Assembly: GCA_965219415.1 (NCBI GenBank)
Contig: CBDCNP010000002.1
Coordinates: forward strand, 288,001-352,000
Direction: 5' to 3'
Length of the DNA stretch: 64,000 bases
DNA from: Candidatus Marinacidobacterales bacterium
GTDB taxonomy: Bacteria; Acidobacteriota; Vicinamibacteria; Marinacidobacterales; DATDRI01
In this document: in pieces, positions 1 through 9,990 of the stretch
Layout of the letters: each line of letters starts with the position of its first letter
Numbering within the stretch: position 1 is the stretch's first letter
Made by a program: the position numbers and the translations under genes
Notes under the pieces: model-generated
Databases searched by the model: none
What the model was told of the DNA's origin: nothing
The model's input: the letters and a program-made list of their open reading frames with translations, nothing else

Positions 1-841
1 GACACCGGCGCCAGAAAGCGTGCAGCGTTGGCGGGTAGGGTTCTCTAGCGCCGATGCCCGCGTTGTTCGCAAACGGTCGCAGCCGTTCGTACAGTGCCGA
101 TCGGAGGGCCGCCGCCGGTTCCGAGAGTGGCTCCCGAAAATAGTAATAAGTACCGACTCCGTAGCCCTTAGGAGCCATGTCCACACGACGCTCGAACCGC
201 TTCTCATCCGCGGCCGCCTCGAGAATCGTGCTGCAGTCCGACGAAGACAACAGCGCCTCGATATGAACATAGCCGAAAGACATCAAAGAATCGCCCACTG
301 CAACCCAATCGAGCCGCGCCATGCGGCGCAGCAGGCGTTGGGCCGCCACCCCTGCGTCGGGTGAGCTGGACCCCGTGCCAAAAGGAAGTGGCTCGGGAAC
401 CGCACTCGCCCCGTCTAGATGGACGAATCCACGCGCTTGCGCGACCACTTCGCTCGGGAAGCCTTCCGCCCGCTCCGGTGACAGCGTTGCGAGCCTTCGG
501 TCGGAAGCCGATGCGAACCTACGACCCGTGTAGTTTCCAACCCAGGATCGCCCGACCCTTCGTGCCCAGTCGGCGATGCTCTCCCCTTTCCGAGGCCGCG
601 CTCCTTCTCGACGCAATTGTCGAAGCTGCATGACGGCGCGGGCGGTGTCCTTGGTCAGCGTGCCATTCGAGGCCACGACCCGGTGCCACGGAACGAGTGA
701 GCGGAGTCCGCATTGCCCCATCGCTCGCCCCGCGGCACGAGCGGCCCCGGGGCGCCCGGCCATGGCCGCTAGCTCCATAAACGAGCGTGTCTCGCCCTTA
801 GGGATCTGCTTAGCCGCTTCCAGGTAAGGATTGAACCGCAT
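1..841 (-). CDS. ATL (alkyltransferase-like) / Ada-like / 2OG-Fe(II) oxygenase (Oxygenase-NA, DUF2086-like) fusion; 3' end runs off the window
   Basis: Manual translation from the ATG at 841 stays open to the window edge: MRFNPYLEAAKQIPKGETRSFMELAAMAGRPGAARAAGRAM...VPWHRVVASNG...RLDWVAVGDSLMSFGYVHIEALLSSSDC...RFERRVDMAPKGYGVGTYYYFREPLSEPAAALRSALYERLRPFAN. Not in the ORF track. Confidence 0.8.
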   Translation of the reverse strand, partial: MRFNPYLEAAKQIPKGETRSFMELAAMAGRPGAARAAGRAMGQCGLRSLVPWHRVVASNGTLTKDTARAVMQLRQLRREGARPRKGESIADWARRVGRSWVGNYTGRRFASASDRRLATLSPERAEGFPSEVVAQARGFVHLDGASAVPEPLPFGTGSSSPDAGVAAQRLLRRMARLDWVAVGDSLMSFGYVHIEALLSSSDCSTILEAAADEKRFERRVDMAPKGYGVGTYYYFREPLSEPAAALRSALYERLRPFANNAGIGAREPYPPTLHAFWRRC

Positions 842-969
842 TTCCGACTCGACCGCGTCCAATACCGCCGACTCTCGGGCAACGCCGCAGAAGAACCGGT
901 GGTATTCAACGCAGCTCGCGAAAAAGAAACAGCAAGCAAGGGACCGGAAGTATTTGTCGCGAGCTGTAT

Positions 970-2205
970 TTACTCCGGCCTCTCCCCTAGCACGACGTCC
1001 ACAGTCATCGACTGACCGTCGCGCAACACCGTCAGCGTCACGGTCTCACCCACGCGAGTCTCGGTCTCGAGATAAACGTTGACGCCACGGTAGTCCTTGA
1101 CCGGCTCTCCGTTGATGGCGGCGATGACGTCACCGCCGATGGGCACCCTCACGTTTCCCAATCTCACCACCTGACGCCCACCCCGTAGCCCCGCCCCGGC
1201 GGCCGGCCCCCGTCGAATCACTTCCGCGATCAACACTCCCCCGTCGGGTGGAATCATGGCGCCGACTCGATTCAGCACCTCGGCATGTGCGGGGCCAAGG
1301 TCCATCAAAGTGATGCCGAGCCAGGGGTGCGGGTAGCGGCCGCGGGCGATGAGCTCTGGTACGACGCGCGTTACGGTCGTCGTTGGAATGGCAAAGCCGA
1401 TTCCGGCGGAAGCACGGCTCGGGCTATAGATCATGCTGTTCACACCAACCACGTTCCCCGCCAGGTCCAAAAGGGGCCCCCCGGAGTTGCCAGGATTGAT
1501 CGCTGCATCGGTCTGAATGATCTCGCCTATGAAACTATAGCGCCTACCTGGGCTTTGGATGATCCTCCCCAGCGAGCTGACGACACCCGTCGTCAGAGTG
1601 CGATCGAGACCGAAAGGGTTGCCGATGGCCACGACGAAACGACCGACCCGAAGCTCATCCGAATCACCAAGACGAAGGACGTGCAAGCGTTCGGGAGTGA
1701 CATCAACCTTGACCACGGCGAGATCATTAGAAGGGTCGGCGCCCCCTATTTGCGCGCGGACGACGGAACCATCCGGAAAGGTGACATAGAGCTCGTCGGC
1801 CCGTTCCACGACGTGATAGTTCGTGACGATATGTCCGGTCTGGTCCCATACGAAACCCGAACCCGAGCCTTCTTGGGGAATGGCGTTCCGAAAGAAGTCG
1901 TAGGAGATCGATCGACTAGTAATGTTAACGACTCCGGGGCTCGCCTTCTCATAAACCGCGATGACCTTGACCTCGAGGTCATGGAGCGTGCCAGCAGCGA
2001 CACTTGGATTTGGATCCGCCTGTTCGCTGGCAGGCACTACCCCCGCCGACGCAGTTTGGACTGCGGGCTCAACGGTACTTGCAAGGGCATCGTCCTCACC
2101 GGGGGTGCTTGCGGGCTCTTGCCACTGGCAGGCAAAGGCACCTGCCCAGGATAGCAAGAGAATGCCGGCGCCCGACCGCACCCGTGAAACTCTCATTGAT
2201 TCCAA
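970..2205 (-). CDS. HtrA/DegP-family (S1C) serine protease with PDZ domain, probable lipoprotein
   Basis: Catalytic motifs GSGSGF, TNYHVV, DLAVVK and TDAAINPGNSGGPL; C-terminal PDZ; lipobox-like AFAC. Confidence 0.95.
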   Translation of the reverse strand: MESMRVSRVRSGAGILLLSWAGAFACQWQEPASTPGEDDALASTVEPAVQTASAGVVPASEQADPNPSVAAGTLHDLEVKVIAVYEKASPGVVNITSRSISYDFFRNAIPQEGSGSGFVWDQTGHIVTNYHVVERADELYVTFPDGSVVRAQIGGADPSNDLAVVKVDVTPERLHVLRLGDSDELRVGRFVVAIGNPFGLDRTLTTGVVSSLGRIIQSPGRRYSFIGEIIQTDAAINPGNSGGPLLDLAGNVVGVNSMIYSPSRASAGIGFAIPTTTVTRVVPELIARGRYPHPWLGITLMDLGPAHAEVLNRVGAMIPPDGGVLIAEVIRRGPAAGAGLRGGRQVVRLGNVRVPIGGDVIAAINGEPVKDYRGVNVYLETETRVGETVTLTVLRDGQSMTVDVVLGERPE

Positions 2206-2276
2206 TGGCTCATCTCAGCAGCTAGTTCAGCACGCGTAGGGTAGCACAGGGGGATCTGGGTGAGAAACCCTCAGTA

Positions 2277-2308
2277 CCCTCGCCCTACCCTCTCCCAGAG
2301 GGAGAGGG
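2277..2308. repeat. REP-like palindrome (CCCTCGCCC...CCCTCTCCC-aga-GGGAGAGGG)
   Basis: Perfect 9-bp hairpin at 2288-2308; a related copy lies at 20068-20141. Confidence 0.6.
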
Positions 2309-2347
2309 AATAGATGCTCGCCTCCGGCTCGCACGACCAAAAGCGAT

Positions 2348-2376
2348 TTGAACGAACGCGTTCACTCCGTTACATT
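2348..2376 (+). promoter_or_regulatory. Putative sigma70 promoter with overlapping palindromic operator
   Basis: TTGAAC-17 nt-TACATT, 40 nt upstream of the 2417 ATG; palindrome TGAAC-N6-GTTCA at 2349-2364. Confidence 0.45.
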
Positions 2377-2416
2377 CGGCCCAACCTGAGGAAGCGAAAG
2401 GAGCTAGTCCAGAAAA

Positions 2417-3394
2417 ATGAGAGCATTAATCGTCGTACTATCGATACTCGTTGCGTCGATCGAAGCGGCCGGCCAAGAGCGACCTGAAACCGCCCAGTAC
2501 CGTGGGCCTGCCGGTGATGCCGAACATCTGAGTTTCGTTCACGTAAACGGGGTTCGCTTGGCCTACCGTATGGAAGGCGCCGGTTTTCCGGTCATCTTCG
2601 TCCACGGAGAAGGTTACTCACACGAGCTCTGGACGGAGCAAATCGAGGCTTTCGGGCGAAAGCACCTCTTCCTCAGCTACGACCGCCGCGGGCACGGACA
2701 GTCCGAAGACCCGATTACCGGGTACTCCGAAATCGCCCATGCCGAAGATTTGAAGGCTCTGATGGCGCATTTCGGAATGAGAGAAGCACATTTCGTGGTG
2801 AACTCCAGGGGAGGCGCCGTCATCACGCAGTTCTTGCGCATCTACCCGGCAAGAGTCCGCAGCATCACTTTTGCGGACGCCACCATCGCGCTGGCTGAGA
2901 TCTCCGAGGCATTCAAGCCTGCGGTGGAGCGCCTCAAGGGCCCGCCACCCTCGCTAGAGGAGGCCGTGCGCGGTCGTGAAGGAGCCAAGAAGTCGTCCTT
3001 CACCAAGGTGGCTCAATCCAAGGACGAAACCCGAGCCGTCCTCGAGCGGATGGTCGATCAATACAGCCCGCGCGTTGCCATGAATCCACAGAGATCCGAC
3101 CAAACCTCCCCGACACACATCGGCCCTTGGAACCGTCGCGACTTTCCGGATATGTCGAAAATCTATCAACCGATGCTATTGGTCGTGGGCGAGCTCACCG
3201 ATATTTTCTTCATCGAAGGGGCCCAAGAAGCCCACCGTCTCTGGCCCAATACCCGTTACCACATGATTCCGGGAACGGACCACCTTCTGGCGCTCGAGGC
3301 CCCGGACGTATTCAATTCATTGGTACTCGACTTCCTCGCCGAGGTGGACGCACAGGTCGCGACCCGTGACGAGTGGGTGGGACAGGTTCCCTAG
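2417..3394 (+). CDS. Secreted alpha/beta hydrolase
   Basis: Signal peptide; FVHGEG, YDRRGHGQS, nucleophile elbow VNSRGG, C-terminal DH. Confidence 0.85.
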   Translation: MRALIVVLSILVASIEAAGQERPETAQYRGPAGDAEHLSFVHVNGVRLAYRMEGAGFPVIFVHGEGYSHELWTEQIEAFGRKHLFLSYDRRGHGQSEDPITGYSEIAHAEDLKALMAHFGMREAHFVVNSRGGAVITQFLRIYPARVRSITFADATIALAEISEAFKPAVERLKGPPPSLEEAVRGREGAKKSSFTKVAQSKDETRAVLERMVDQYSPRVAMNPQRSDQTSPTHIGPWNRRDFPDMSKIYQPMLLVVGELTDIFFIEGAQEAHRLWPNTRYHMIPGTDHLLALEAPDVFNSLVLDFLAEVDAQVATRDEWVGQVP

Positions 3395-3528
3395 TCGAAT
3401 TTCATCGAAACGGTTTCTACCCCGCCCGATGCGGTGAGTCGCCCGCGCTACAATAGGAGAGAGGGGCCGGGGAGGCGGCGACGCAGGCTAGTAGTCTTCG
3501 CCAGAGCCTAACACCAGCTCGAGCCAGC

Positions 3529-4643
3529 ATGAACCGCCGGGAATTCCTGAAGCTTGGAACAGCCTTGGCCCTGACACCGGCCATCGTTCCTGCCAACGCG
3601 CTGGGATCGTCCCGCCTGGTACTGCCAGCTCTTCCACGGGTGAACGGTGGATCAATGTCCAACCGCTAAGGCGTATGGGCCAAACGCCGGTGACTCCCGA
3701 TGTCGACGTTCCCCTCATCCAGCCCGAGCTGGTCGATCTTCAAATGCAAACGGTTTACGAGTTGGGGTTCGAGTGGCTTCGGATCACCATCTCTTTCGAT
3801 CGGTTCGGTCCGGACTTCGTGGCGGCCATACCCTACGTGCGCGCGGCGCGTGCCTTAGGCGTGAACGTCTTAGGAATCCTTGGCCAATTCGAGGGACTCG
3901 ACTTACTTCGCCAGCTGTCTCGCTCTAGCAGGCGCGAAGAAGTGCTCCGGACCTATCTCACGATCTTCAACGATTTCGTTCCACCCGCCACGAACGCCGT
4001 AGAGAGCCCAGGGCTCTTTGCACTGCAAGTCTTGAATGAGCCCACCAACTTTTCTGGCATCTCACCCCGAACCTATGTTCGCGAGTTTCTCGCGCCCGTC
4101 TACGAGGAACTGAAGAACCAAGATCCTCAACTGACGGTCGCCGCCGCGGTGGGTAACGCCGATGGAATTCTGCGCACTCACTCCATGCTAGAAGTTGGCG
4201 TCGAGAACCATTGCGATCGCCTCGCGTACCATGTCTATGATCCGCGTTGGATCCCACAATTGGCGGACAGGGCCGCCCGGCCGATATGGGTGACGGAGTC
4301 GGGTGTTGCCGGACCAGAGCGGCATCTGAGCTGGATAACCCAAACTTTCGACGATATTCGGAGCGGCATCGACGGCGTCGAGGAAATTTTCTATTTCGAT
4401 CTCTTCGACGCCGAGCCCAACCGCTTTCGACTCATCAATATCGAGCGCGGCCCGGACGGGGAATTTCGTGAGATTGTAGAATCGCCGGCCGCCGTCTCGC
4501 ACCTCGTGTCGCAAGTCGCGGAAGCGGCGAACAACCAACCGCGCGCCGCCTACCGCGATCTCATCCACGACATTACGCGCTACTTCCCTACCGAAGAAGA
4601 CCTCGCGGTGATCGCGGAAACATCGTTTGGGCAAGAGCCTTGA
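3529..4643 (+). CDS. Tat-exported glycoside hydrolase-like protein (clan GH-A); frameshift near 3650
   Basis: Tat signal MNRREFLKLG at 3529 joins ORF 3675-4643 with a 1-nt correction (GGINVQPLRRMGQ); motifs VLNEP, AYHVY and WVTESG. Confidence 0.65.
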
Positions 4644-6030
4644 CGATCTTGACGGCCGCCGCGCTGGGAATGCTCCTGGCCGCGGACTCGGATCCCGAGT
4701 ACCCGCTGGGAAGCCTTCGCTTTCCGTCGCTGACCAAGCCGGCGGAGCCTGTTAAGCTGACCGAGTTCAGCTACGCGTTCTCGGAGAACGGAGCCACAGT
4801 ACAACGATTCGAAGCACGGATACGGTTGAAGGCTTTCGCCTTCCTCTCCGGTGAGGTCTTCAATCAGCGACGCGGGATCGCCTTCACGACTCAACGCATC
4901 GACCTCGGGCTGACCGAGGCGAGAGGTCGCTACGTCATCGAAGGCGGATACCGAGCCGCCAAGTGGTTGGTCCGAGCGCGAGCGGAGCGCCGGCCGACCC
5001 CCGCTTCCTCCAGCGACCCCGGATGGATCCTAGATACCCGAGGGGCGCTCCGTTTCAATCCCGACTTCGAGCTTTTGTTGGAGTTCCTTGAAGACACTGG
5101 CTCGGAACCTTTTCTGGAAACGAGGCCGCTACGACGAGGTGCGTTGGGTTTCTTGTACCAACGTGGCACCGGAGTGGACATTTCCGCAAACGTTTCGGCG
5201 TCCCGGGTTCGCACCGAAGCGGGTATCGAGACCGATCGTCAAGGTGTGAATCTTGGCGCCATCGTATACCACGATCATATGCAGGTAGACTCCGCATTCG
5301 CATATTCGCGCTCCACCGGACGGCTCGCCGCCTCGGAAGGGTTCGCCTCGGTCGCCTTGTCGGGCGAGCTTGGACCGTACTTCGTAGGGCGCGCTTCCAC
5401 CGCCCAACGCTGGCAACCTGGCATCAAAAGGTTCGAGAACGATACCCGGTTGGGCATCACCTTCTTCGGACGCCGGCACCGTTTCTTTCACGGTGGCAAA
5501 GTCGGTCCGCAAGTGCTGGCGTTGACCCGGAGAGCCTTTGAGTTGGGCTACAACGAGAGGCGGGTCTATAGCATCGATGGCCTCTCCTCCGACTCCGGGA
5601 AAGGCTCGCGCTATCGGCGATGCGAGAGGAGCTGGCGAACGATCTGGATGATCTCTACCGAGCGGAGGTCGCCGATCGCAACGTTCCCCAAGCGCGATTC
5701 GAGATCGCTCGGCGAACCAACGAAATCGATGGCGTGCGTTCCTGGATCTACCGGGTATTCGTCGGCGTCCCTTGGCGAGTCAATTGGCCTTTTGTCCGGA
5801 GCGAAGAATCCGTCAACTTCGTTGGTGTGGAATACACGCAAGAAGAGTTCGCGTTCCTGCCGGACCTTCAATCGGTGGCCCACGAGATCCAGGCCGTCGT
5901 CGCGCTGAACCGAGAGATGGACGCAAGCTTTCGCTGGACGTTACCGGCTCGAAGTCCGACCGAGATCGTCTTGTTCATTCCGCGCCGAAGTCGCTTCGAG
6001 TTGGAGTTCGCCTACGCCTTCGGGCGCTAA
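4640..6030 (+). CDS. Exported, probable outer-membrane beta-barrel-like hypothetical protein; frameshift near 5585
   Basis: Signal peptide, amphipathic strands, C-terminus FELEFAYAFGR; ORFs 4640-5908 and 5620-6030 join as DGLLRLRERLALSAMREE. Confidence 0.5.
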
Positions 6031-6883
6031 CCGCCATGTGCTTTTTCGATTGCCTTCCGGATGCCTCCACCGTCTGGTTCGCTCTCATCTCGATGATCTC
6101 TTTCCCGATGCGGATCGTTTTCTCGGGCGGGCTCATATCCACGCCGTTAATGACGAAGAGCCCCTTGTCTAGGCGTTGCTCCATGCGTACGAGCTCTGGG
6201 TCGACCGCCATCAAGATAGAGCTGATCCCGTACTCGTCGTGGATCCCCTCGAACTCTTGCTCGATCCCCTGATCCTCCACGAACTTCAGGACGCCGGGAT
6301 AGTCGTAGTACTCTGGAATGTAGTGAACTCGGGGCTCACCCTCCCACTCCGCGTTTAGCTTTGCCGCGACCGCTTTCATGCCTTCCTGATTTCCACCGCT
6401 ATCACCGATCAATACGATGTTTCGGAAGCCGTGCGGCTTGAAGCTGGAGCACACGTCGATCAACACGTTTCGGAAAGTCTCTTCCCGTAGGCTGACAGTT
6501 CCCGGGTAGCGCATCGACCGGCTGGGTGGATCGTGATCTCCTTCCGGGACGAGCTTGATGATCGGGGCGACCAGGGCGTTTCCCAGCTTGCGCGCAATGA
6601 CCTCGGTGACGGCCCCTAGAATGTAGTTGTGCTTTCCGGTTACGACCCACGGTCCATTCTGCTCGACGCCTCCCGTTGCCACGATAACCGTGGTTTTGCC
6701 TCCCCGGATCGCATCCCGCACTTCGAGCCAGGTCATCTCCTCGATGAAAACGGTATCGAGAGCGTCGATCGGCCTTGGCTTGTCGGGGTCGGGAGGAACG
6801 ACACGCTGCGCGTTCACGCGCAGCGGACCCACGAAAATTAGCACGACTCCTAGCACCAGAACTGCCCGGATGAAGAAACTCAT
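6027..6883 (-). CDS. Creatininase-family amidohydrolase with signal peptide; frameshift near 6063
   Basis: EEMTWLEV, GGVEQNGP, PGTVSL, GDSGGN; corrected C-terminus EAIRKAIEKAHGG*. Confidence 0.85.
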
Positions 6884-6987
6884 TTCGGCCTCCTTTCGGA
6901 GAGCCATACTAAACCCAAGTGCCCGGGGGTGATACGATCAACAGGGGAGCTAGCGGAGAACTAGTCCCGCTCCATGCTGGAGCGGGA

Positions 6988-7711
6988 TTAGGCGGAGAGA
7001 CGGTCGGCGGCCGACAAGACCAGTCCGCCCTGTTCTTCCAGCATCACGATGCCGCTCATCAGGAATCCGAGCAGGGCCCGCGCCGTGGTTTCCTCAGCGA
7101 GAGGACTTAGGTTGAAGACGGATCGGATCGGCTCCTGCCCGTCCAATCGTGACAGTATGAGGGGCTTCCTCCGACGAGAGCTTGAAATCACCCAACTCGC
7201 TCGACGCTTGGGTGTTCAACACACATCTCCGATCGTCCGACAACATCTCGTCGACGTGCCGCCCGATATCGGGGGTAAGCCGGGCGGCCTCCACGATGAC
7301 CTCGGCCACCGTTATCGGCGTCTCGGTGACCGCCGGTACGTCTTGCAAATTCTTGAAACTTACCCGCTGCGGCGGTTTCACCAGGACGCCACGTGCCAGC
7401 TCTTGCACTTGAAGGCGAACGAACTCGGCAATTTCTTGGTGTTGGATGACTCCGAGATCCGCGAGGGCTTCACCGAGTCGTTTCCCGTGCCGCACGAATA
7501 CGGATGCGTCTTTCAGGTGCTCCTCGGTGATCCTTCCCTGCCGCACCAAGACTTCTCCGAGGCGGTCGTTATTGCTGTCCGACTTCGCGGATACGATGCG
7601 GCCGCATCTGAACAAGACGGCGCGTTGAGCCTGGTCCGTGTTGTAGTCGAACGAACCGGTTCGGCTCTCGGTGGCGATCTTTTTGTAGGCTGCGACTATT
7701 TTTCGATTCAA
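6988..7711 (-). CDS. DUF4388-domain protein; frameshift near 7162
   Basis: RLGEVLVRQGRIT...KRLGEALADLG repeats; continues into frame 6988-7191 (EALILSRLDG...). Confidence 0.65.
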
Positions 7712-7937
7712 GATCGTCCCTGTTCAGAGGTGATGTCGAACACCTGCGCGGTTCTGCAAGTCCGTTGCGCCTCTTCTATTTTGGGACAAAGATCGCATTT
7801 ACGTAGTGATCTGGGATACGTCTTTTTTGGCACCGGTGAGGGTGTTTCCCCATCATCGCCGTCTGGCTCCGTTGAGATTGGCACCGAGCTGTTTTGACGG
7901 CCGCCGCGCCGACCGGGCGACCCCTAGAGGAGGTCCC

Positions 7938-8072
7938 TCACTTGGCCTCCATCAGTTTCTCGAGGCCTTCGGTCGACCGGGGAAGCAGCTCCGTCAACAC
8001 CTCGGCACCATCCTTGGTAACCAGCACGACATCTTCGATGAAGACCGCGATCTTTTTGTCGTGGTTGTAAAG
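7938..8072 (-). pseudogene. C-terminal remnant of an M24 (Xaa-Pro aminopeptidase-like) gene
   Basis: Manual translation LYNHDKKIAVFIEDVVLVTKDGAEVLTELLPRSTEGLEKLMEAK* resembles the M24 'IEDDVLVT..G.EVLT..LP' tail; no 5' part present. Confidence 0.6.
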
Positions 8073-8606
8073 GAAACTTATTGACGTAGAAGTTCGTGTC
8101 GGTGATCCAAATCCTCACATACCGACCAGAGACCACCGGGTCGGCATCGAAGTCGTACCACGTGCCCGCCTGGGGCAACGAAGTTCGCTTCGGTATGTAC
8201 GGTCGTGAAGTTAGCATCGGGCTGGTTACCGACTTGGATCTCGAAGCCCTTGGGAAAAAGCAACGGATTTTCGCTGGGCGACGCCAACAGTCGCACCCGC
8301 CCGACTTCGAGCTCAGACCCGAGGTCGATGGTGACAAACTCGGTAGTGACGCTGGCCTTGGAAGTACTTTGCCACTTGGTAGCGGAATCACCGTCGACGA
8401 TGTTCGCCTTGTCGCCTCCGTTACTCGTCCACTCGCTCGAGGCGGCAATCGCGGTAAGTCCAGATACGTTGGTCAACCCCGACGGAAGCTGCGCGGTGAG
8501 CGTCGTAGGGGGCGCCGGCTGCGTGTCGACCTCGAGGACCATCGGCAGGGAAAAGGCACCGGGGATTGCCGCGGCGTCCCGCGCCTGGACTCTCCATTGA
8601 TAGATA

Positions 8607-9990
8607 GGGTCTACGCGGATTCGTGTGGGTTGAAAACTGCATTTCTGGGTAATGGCGGAAGGAAAGCCGCCACGATCTTCAGCTTGAGATATTCCTCGTC
8701 GCGATAGCCGTAGGCGCGTCGTTGCAGAACACGGATTTTGTTGTTGACCCCTTCAACTAGGCCGAGACTGACTTTGTTCTCCGGATGACAGTAGGAGGCG
8801 ATACCATCCCAATGGGACTCAATCATACCGGCGAACTTCTGGTACGGATGCAGGCGTTGCCATTTGAGGCTGTCTTTCCAACGGGTGAAAAAGGCGCGAG
8901 CGCCGCGTTCGGTGCGGTAATCCCAGAGTTGCCCGAAGGCCTCCTTCAAAATATAGGCGGTGTTCAGGCGCCGGTTGGCCTGGAGCAACTTTTTGAGTGC
9001 GCGGCGACCGTCTAGGCTCAGGTTCTCCCGCCGGGAAAGCAAAGTGTAACGCTGCCCCTTGATGTACGACCGGTCCTTGCCGCTGAGGCGTTTGTACTCA
9101 CCGCGCCGGACCTCATCGAGGGCCTTTGACAGATGACGCATGATATGAAACTTGTCGAAGATGATCCGCGCATTAGGCGCGTTGTGAATCACCGAGTTCC
9201 GGAAGGGCTTCCACATATCCATGGCGGCCAGCTTGATACGGGCGCTTTTCTTTCCGCCCAGCGCCTTGAAGAACAAATCGATGTCGGTTTCTTTACGACC
9301 CTCACCGCCCACCCAGATGGGACGCGCCCGCTCCAGGTCGCTGACAATGACGCGATAGTTATGTCCCTTGCGGATGGAGATCTCATCGACACCGATGGCC
9401 CGAGGCGCCGGTAGCCCCGCCCGGTCGACCTGCTCTTGCATGTAGAGCGTATCCAGAGCCTTCACCGTACCGTGGTGCAGACGTTCCATCTCGGCCACCG
9501 CCTTGTTCGGCATATCCCGGCACAGCTTGCCTACATGCGTCGCAAAACGCTGGGTGTAGCGCGAGTTGTTCGCCAGCCAGTCTAGGTGTTCTACATGCAC
9601 ACCGCCGCACCCAGAACAGTTGACGCGCCGACGCTCGTATTCCAGATAGATCCGCCAGCCTGCCAACGACAGGTCGCGGACCCGGCACACTTGCTTGTCA
9701 TAGCGCCCCCGGCACCGTTGCCCACAGTAAGAGCACACAGCTGTTTTTTTCGCCTCTTGAGCTGGATGACGCGGGCGTATCGGTCACCGAATAGACCCTT
9801 CAATCCGGCACCAACCACGAAACCTGGCAGCGCAAACAGCGAGCGGATCGACTGGGAATTTTTCACTCGGTTAGCTTATCCTAAAAATGGACCACTTTTC
9901 AGCACCTGATGAAGTACTCGATACCTTTTCCACACAATGAGTTACACTGTTTTTCCGTCAGAACTTACCCACACGAATCCGCGTAAACTC
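8607..9990 (-). mobile_element. ISL3-family insertion sequence, 1384 bp
   Basis: 24-bp IRs GGGTCTACGCGGATTCGTGTGGGT / GAGTTTACGCGGATTCGTGTGGGT (2 mismatches); 8-bp TSD GATAGATA at 8599-8606 and 9991-9998. Confidence 0.97.
8611..9866 (-). CDS. ISL3 transposase, two frames joined by a -1 shift at an A7 run near 9744-9750
   Basis: CxxC zinc finger, IGVDE, MDMWKPF, DKFH, EGVNNKI, RRAYGYRD; the N-terminal ORF 9591-9866 reads RRKK at CGA-AAA-AAA-C. Confidence 0.92.

Noticed and set aside
2349-2364. Gram-positive SOS (Cheo) box GAAC-N4-GTTC
   Set aside because: Spacing is N6 or N2, not N4; kept only as a generic operator.
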